A DNA stretch of 32,000 nucleotides from Pyrococcus furiosus DSM 3638 (GTDB lineage Archaea > Methanobacteriota_B > Thermococci > Thermococcales > Thermococcaceae). A model generated the notes under the pieces. That model saw only the letters and a program-made list of their open reading frames with translations, had not been told where the DNA came from and did no database searches. Position 1 is the first letter of the stretch. Each line of letters begins with the position of its first letter. Shown one piece after another: positions 28,080 to 32,000 of this stretch. The DNA lies in contig NC_003413.1 of assembly GCF_000007305.1 (NCBI RefSeq), positions 1,568,141 to 1,600,140 of the forward strand, written 5' to 3'. The translations under genes and the position numbers were made by a program.

Positions 28080-29315
28080 TTACTCCTTAATTATGCCGTA
28101 TCCTATCAATCTCCATCTTGACCCTATTTGCCTGCTAATTGCAACTCTTTCTCCAGGTTCAGCACAAACTGGTATCTGGAGCTTAAGCTCTATCTCATCC
28201 TTACCTAGAGCTGTAACTAAACCCATTGTTCTAGCCGTTCCAACGTTTAATAGGAGAACTTCTTTCCTCTTAATGGGCTCAACATTCAGCTCTTGCTCAG
28301 TACCAACGACTCTCTCCAGTAGGTGAACTTCAAGCCTCAGATCTGTCCAAACTGGCGGCAACTTCCCTGGTTTTCCAACTACGTTTCCTGCCATTAAATC
28401 ACCTTTAGTCAAGTAAGGGTCAAGCTTTGTTCCAATACCCACAAGTCCTCCTGGGTATGCCTCCTCTACGAATTGTCCTCCTGCCTGTAATGATACAATT
28501 TCGGTAGTTATTGGCTCATATTTTATCCTTCCGTGCTCTTCATAGGGAACTCCCGGCCTAATTTCTATCTCATCCCCAACTTTTAGCTTTCCTTGAACTA
28601 TCGAACCTCCCAAAACTCCTCCCACGAGCTTTTCTGGAGGAGTTCCCGGCTTATTTACGTCAAAGCTCCTAAGCACGAGCATCTTTGGAGGCTTATTTGA
28701 ATCTCTCTTTGGGGTCGGTATAAACTCCTCTATTGCCTTGACAAGCACATCAATATTGGCCCCATGAAGGGCAGATATTGGAATTATTGGAGCGTTTTCA
28801 GCTACAGTCCCCTTGATGAACTCTTTTATCTGTCTGTAATTTTCCAAGGCTTTCTCTTTATCAACCAATTCAATTTTGTTTTGAGCAATTATTATGTTCT
28901 TTTGCCCAATAATTTGGAGAGCCATCAAGTGCTCTCTCGTCTGAGGCCTTGGACAGGGCTCATTTGCAGCTATAACTAAAATTGCTCCATCCATTAATGA
29001 TGCCCCAGCAAGCATTGTGGTCATTAACGCCTCGTGACCGGGAGAGTCTATGAAAGAAACTCTCCTTATGAATTCTGTCTCGTGACCACAGTAAGGACAT
29101 ATCGGTGAAGTTGAATACCTGCCACAGTTAGAACATCTCCTTATCTCTGCATCTGCAAATCCTATCTTAATTGTGATACCCCTTCTAAGCTCTTCACTGT
29201 GAGTATCTGTCCAAACCCCCGTAAGAGCTTTTGTAAGGGTTGTTTTACCGTGGTCAACGTGACCAACCATCCCTATATTTACCTCCGCCTGCCTAGTTTT
29301 TCTTTTCTCACCCAT
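28080..29315 (-). CDS. eif2g: Translation initiation factor 2 gamma subunit
   Basis: [50 protein letters not shown], zinc-finger [27 protein letters not shown]; start at [12 protein letters not shown] within the ORF. Confidence 0.97.
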   Translation of the reverse strand: MGEKRKTRQAEVNIGMVGHVDHGKTTLTKALTGVWTDTHSEELRRGITIKIGFADAEIRRCSNCGRYSTSPICPYCGHETEFIRRVSFIDSPGHEALMTTMLAGASLMDGAILVIAANEPCPRPQTREHLMALQIIGQKNIIIAQNKIELVDKEKALENYRQIKEFIKGTVAENAPIIPISALHGANIDVLVKAIEEFIPTPKRDSNKPPKMLVLRSFDVNKPGTPPEKLVGGVLGGSIVQGKLKVGDEIEIRPGVPYEEHGRIKYEPITTEIVSLQAGGQFVEEAYPGGLVGIGTKLDPYLTKGDLMAGNVVGKPGKLPPVWTDLRLEVHLLERVVGTEQELNVEPIKRKEVLLLNVGTARTMGLVTALGKDEIELKLQIPVCAEPGERVAISRQIGSRWRLIGYGIIKE

Positions 29316-29373
29316 TGTCCTCTCCCCCAAAATGGTAGATAGCTATTCCATTTATAGCTTTATTCCTGGGAAT

Positions 29374-30396
29374 TCAATGTTTAATAAACCTCCCCTCCAG
29401 TCCTGTTCCAGAAGGATCTACATCGTCTCTCATAATCAAAACTACCCTACTTGGTTCATATTCATCTTCAATGTGATAACCCGGAAGATACTTGACCAGT
29501 GCTTCAGCGAATTCTCTTATGTCTTCATGGCTTGGCATGTTGTTTATTGTGAGCCTATTCCTTGAAAATCCTACAAACATGTAAGCCTTTGCCTCAACGA
29601 ACATTGGCCTCGCTTTCATTATTAGCCTAGCGTATCCTTCTGGATTGTGCATGTTCTCTCCCTTAACTAGTGTTAGTCTAACAACAGTTCTCGTTGGGAT
29701 ATCTCTCATCAATTCTAGGAACTCCAGTATCTTCTCCCACCCATCTGGGATCATAGGAATATTTACTTTGTTATAGGATTCTATATCCGGAGCTGTCAGA
29801 GATACATAGAGCTGAGTTGGTAGCTTATCATCCTTTATCATCTCCCTGAGGCTTTCTGGGACTGTTCCGTTGGTAACTATAAATGTCGTGAACCCTCTCT
29901 TGTGGAACTCCTCTACCAGATCTCCCATATATGGATAAAGCATTGGCTCCCCTGAAAGACTTATTGCAGCATGCTTTGGTTCCCAAGCTTCCTCAAATTT
30001 TTTCTTGTCAACTTTTGGATTACCCTTGTACCCCACCAACAGCTTTCTTTGGGCCTTTATACTCTCCTCAACTATGAAAGCTGGGTCATCCCAGGGCTCT
30101 GGAACTTCAGTACCTAAGAAAGTCTCCATTGGACGCCAGCAGAAGATACAGTTGTGGGTGCACCACGCTAGCACTGGAGTCATTTGAAGGCAACGGTGAG
30201 AGTGAATGCCATAGAACTTCTGCTTATAACAGAATCTCCCTTCCGTTAGACTCTTCTTCAACCAGTGGCAAAGTTTAACCCCGCTGTGCCTACCTACGAG
30301 TTCATAGTGTTGTTTTCTAAACAAATTAGCTATCTCTTCAGGCATGTTTGGATTAGCTTGAACAGTAATTTTTCCAGGCTTTATATCCATTCTCAC
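29374..30396 (-). CDS. taw1: tRNA 4-demethylwyosine synthase (TYW1/Taw1), radical SAM
   Basis: LAWCTHNCIFCWRPMETFLG (CxxxCxxC), AAISLSGEPMLYPYMGDLVEEFHKRGFTTFIVTNGT, KAYMFVGFSRNRL. Confidence 0.93.
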   Translation of the reverse strand: MRMDIKPGKITVQANPNMPEEIANLFRKQHYELVGRHSGVKLCHWLKKSLTEGRFCYKQKFYGIHSHRCLQMTPVLAWCTHNCIFCWRPMETFLGTEVPEPWDDPAFIVEESIKAQRKLLVGYKGNPKVDKKKFEEAWEPKHAAISLSGEPMLYPYMGDLVEEFHKRGFTTFIVTNGTVPESLREMIKDDKLPTQLYVSLTAPDIESYNKVNIPMIPDGWEKILEFLELMRDIPTRTVVRLTLVKGENMHNPEGYARLIMKARPMFVEAKAYMFVGFSRNRLTINNMPSHEDIREFAEALVKYLPGYHIEDEYEPSRVVLIMRDDVDPSGTGLEGRFIKH

Positions 30397-30561
30397 TCAC
30401 CTCCAGATTAGCTCGCCTAACTTAAATACCAGAATAATCATTTAAAAAGTTATTTACCTTCATTTAACCAACAACATTTTTTGAAAACTAATTCATTAAA
30501 CAGTATTGTTAACCCAAAATGCCTTAAAGAAAAGCCACGAATAAAGTCTTTGGTGATAGGA

Positions 30562-31062
30562 ATGAAGATACTGTTCTTGAGTGCAAACGAATTTGAAGAT
30601 GTAGAGCTAATCTACCCCTACCACAGGCTCAAGGAAGAAGGTCACGAAGTTTACATAGCGAGCTTCGAGAAGGGTGTAATTACAGGAAAGCACGGATATT
30701 CAGTCAAGGTGGACTTAACCTTTGACGAGGTTAACCCCGACGAATTCGACGCTTTAGTTCTCCCAGGAGGAAGGGCCCCAGAGAGAGTAAGGCTTAACGA
30801 GAAAGCAGTTGAGATAGCAAGAAAAATGTTCACCGAAGGAAAGCCAGTGGCAACTATCTGTCATGGTCCTCAGATATTGATTTCCGCTGGAGTGCTAAAG
30901 GGAAGAAAGGGAACAAGCTACATAGGAATAAGAGACGACATGATTAATGCCGGAGTAGAGTGGATAGACAGAGAGGTTGTTGTTGACGGAAACTGGGTTA
31001 GTTCTAGACACCCAGGAGACCTTTACGCTTGGATGAGAGAATTTGTTAAATTACTTAAGTGA
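30562..31062 (+). CDS. pfpI: Intracellular protease/deglycase PfpI (DJ-1/PfpI family)
   Basis: MKILFLSANEFEDVELIYPYHRLKEEGHEVYIASFE, LVLPGGRAPERVRL, ATICHGPQILISAG; preceded by GGTGAT SD; ATG 30562 within the ORF opening at 30481. Confidence 0.95.
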   Translation: MKILFLSANEFEDVELIYPYHRLKEEGHEVYIASFEKGVITGKHGYSVKVDLTFDEVNPDEFDALVLPGGRAPERVRLNEKAVEIARKMFTEGKPVATICHGPQILISAGVLKGRKGTSYIGIRDDMINAGVEWIDREVVVDGNWVSSRHPGDLYAWMREFVKLLK

Positions 31063-31131
31063 TCATTGTAAGTATTCATAATTCATAAATTTTTTATATT
31101 TTTGTTAGTCCTTTTTCATTGGTGAATACTA

Positions 31132-31860
31132 GTGAGAAGGGGGCTATCATTACTTGGTTTTATTATTGGTGCAGTTATTGGGATAATAATAGGAGCACTA
31201 ATTTTAGCAGGAATATTCCTCCTAGCTTTAGGGAGCACCATAAGTTTTCTAGACTTCCCCAACTGCCACTGCACATGTGAAACTATTAATAATGCAGGTC
31301 CTATAAAAGAAATAGGAGCGTATAATGCAACATCCCTTATCATAGAGGACGTAATTGGAACGGTAAAAATAAAGCCAAGTAACGAACCACAGATAAAGGT
31401 TCTCTCCAACCTTCCGATAAATGTGTCCGTTTCTGAAGACTCGCTGGTTATAACGTGCTCAGAATGTCGCGAAAAGAGCTTTAAAAACGGAGAAATAATA
31501 CTCATGGGAAACTTATCGAGCATAAAAACATCAGACATCCTGGGAAGACTTATAGTTGAAGTACCAACTAAGAGAATAGAGGTTGGAGACGTATTAGGGG
31601 AAGTTAATATTCAAGCATACACAGAAGTGTTTGAGAGCGAGGACATTCTTGGAAGAGCCGAGATCAAGGCAACAAGAGAAGTTCAGATTGAGGATGTCAT
31701 AGGAGAGGTAAAAATCACGATACCAAAGAATTCTACCGCCAAGATATCATATTCTAAAATTATCGGAAAGATTGCTGATCTTTCAGAAGATAGCAATAAG
31801 ATTGTTAAAGTAGATATTGAAGACATTCTGGGTGAGCTAACCGTTGAAAACGAAAAGTGA
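31132..31860 (+). CDS. Membrane-anchored protein with DUF4097-like beta-strand repeat domain
   Basis: N-terminal TM segment (GFIIGAVIGIIIGALILAGIFLLALG) then repeated VEDVxGxV/ILGxxx motifs (DVIGTVKI, DVLGEVNI, DILGRAEI, DVIGEVKI, DILGELTV); GTG start. Confidence 0.7.
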   Translation: MRRGLSLLGFIIGAVIGIIIGALILAGIFLLALGSTISFLDFPNCHCTCETINNAGPIKEIGAYNATSLIIEDVIGTVKIKPSNEPQIKVLSNLPINVSVSEDSLVITCSECREKSFKNGEIILMGNLSSIKTSDILGRLIVEVPTKRIEVGDVLGEVNIQAYTEVFESEDILGRAEIKATREVQIEDVIGEVKITIPKNSTAKISYSKIIGKIADLSEDSNKIVKVDIEDILGELTVENEK

Positions 31861-32000
31861 AATAGTAAGGGCATTCATCCTAGGAAGTCTGTTAGAAGTA
31901 GCTATTCCAAAGCCTGGAAACGTTTCAAGATATAAGGACTTTGAAGACCTAACATTCTATCATTTTTTATTTGGAAATACTGCCCTAATCGGACCTTATT
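31844..32000 (+). CDS. N-terminus of a CitG/MdcB-like triphosphoribosyl-dephospho-CoA synthase family protein (continues past window)
   Basis: Hand translation from TTG 31844: LKTKSEIVRAFILGSLLEVAIPKPGNVSRYKDFEDLTFYHFLFGNTALIGPY; KPGNVSRYKDF is a family hallmark. Start codon uncertain. Confidence 0.65.
   Translation, partial: MKTKSEIVRAFILGSLLEVAIPKPGNVSRYKDFEDLTFYHFLFGNTALIGPY

Noticed and set aside
31116-31538. Minus-strand ORF of 140 aa
   Set aside because: Lies antisense to the DUF4097-like gene; composition looks like a reverse-frame shadow and no family is recognised.
1-32000. Search for tRNA/rRNA genes, transposons, defence systems or prophage genes
   Set aside because: None recognised; the window is almost entirely housekeeping biosynthetic and translation-related genes.

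Overview
This window is archaeal chromosome from Thermococcales, Pyrococcus-like and probably P. furiosus or a close relative; that is inferred from protein character and was not searched. It is mostly a dense aromatic amino acid biosynthesis locus. Plus strand: 3' end of a lysK/argE-type deacylase, a small winged-HTH protein, split transketolase, DAHP synthase, aroB, aroD, aroE, GHMP-type shikimate kinase, a four-gene BMP/nucleoside-type ABC transporter, aroA, aroC, chorismate mutase, aminotransferase and tyrA. Minus strand: an overlapping trpCDEGFBA operon. Then come an ACT-domain protein, carA, carB, proC (-), a PIN-domain protein (-), aIF2-gamma (-), taw1 (-), pfpI, a DUF4097-like membrane protein and the start of a citG/mdcB-like gene. 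The most interesting observation is a set of short, unannotated leader ORFs at transcription-unit starts. At 491-559 an SD-preceded 22-codon ORF reads MPRQFTQQKVMPRQWVMPCQYQ*, with Phe, Trp and Tyr each placed once after a repeated MP(R/C)Q unit. A related leader, MVMPRQYQRI* (13537-13569), precedes chorismate mutase. A shorter ORF, MGGDFWTEQGY* (21607-21572, minus), overlaps the trpC start. These are either leader-peptide attenuation or translational-coupling devices sensing aromatic amino acids, or repeated operator DNA. aroC and tyrA are each interrupted by an apparent frameshift in this sequence.
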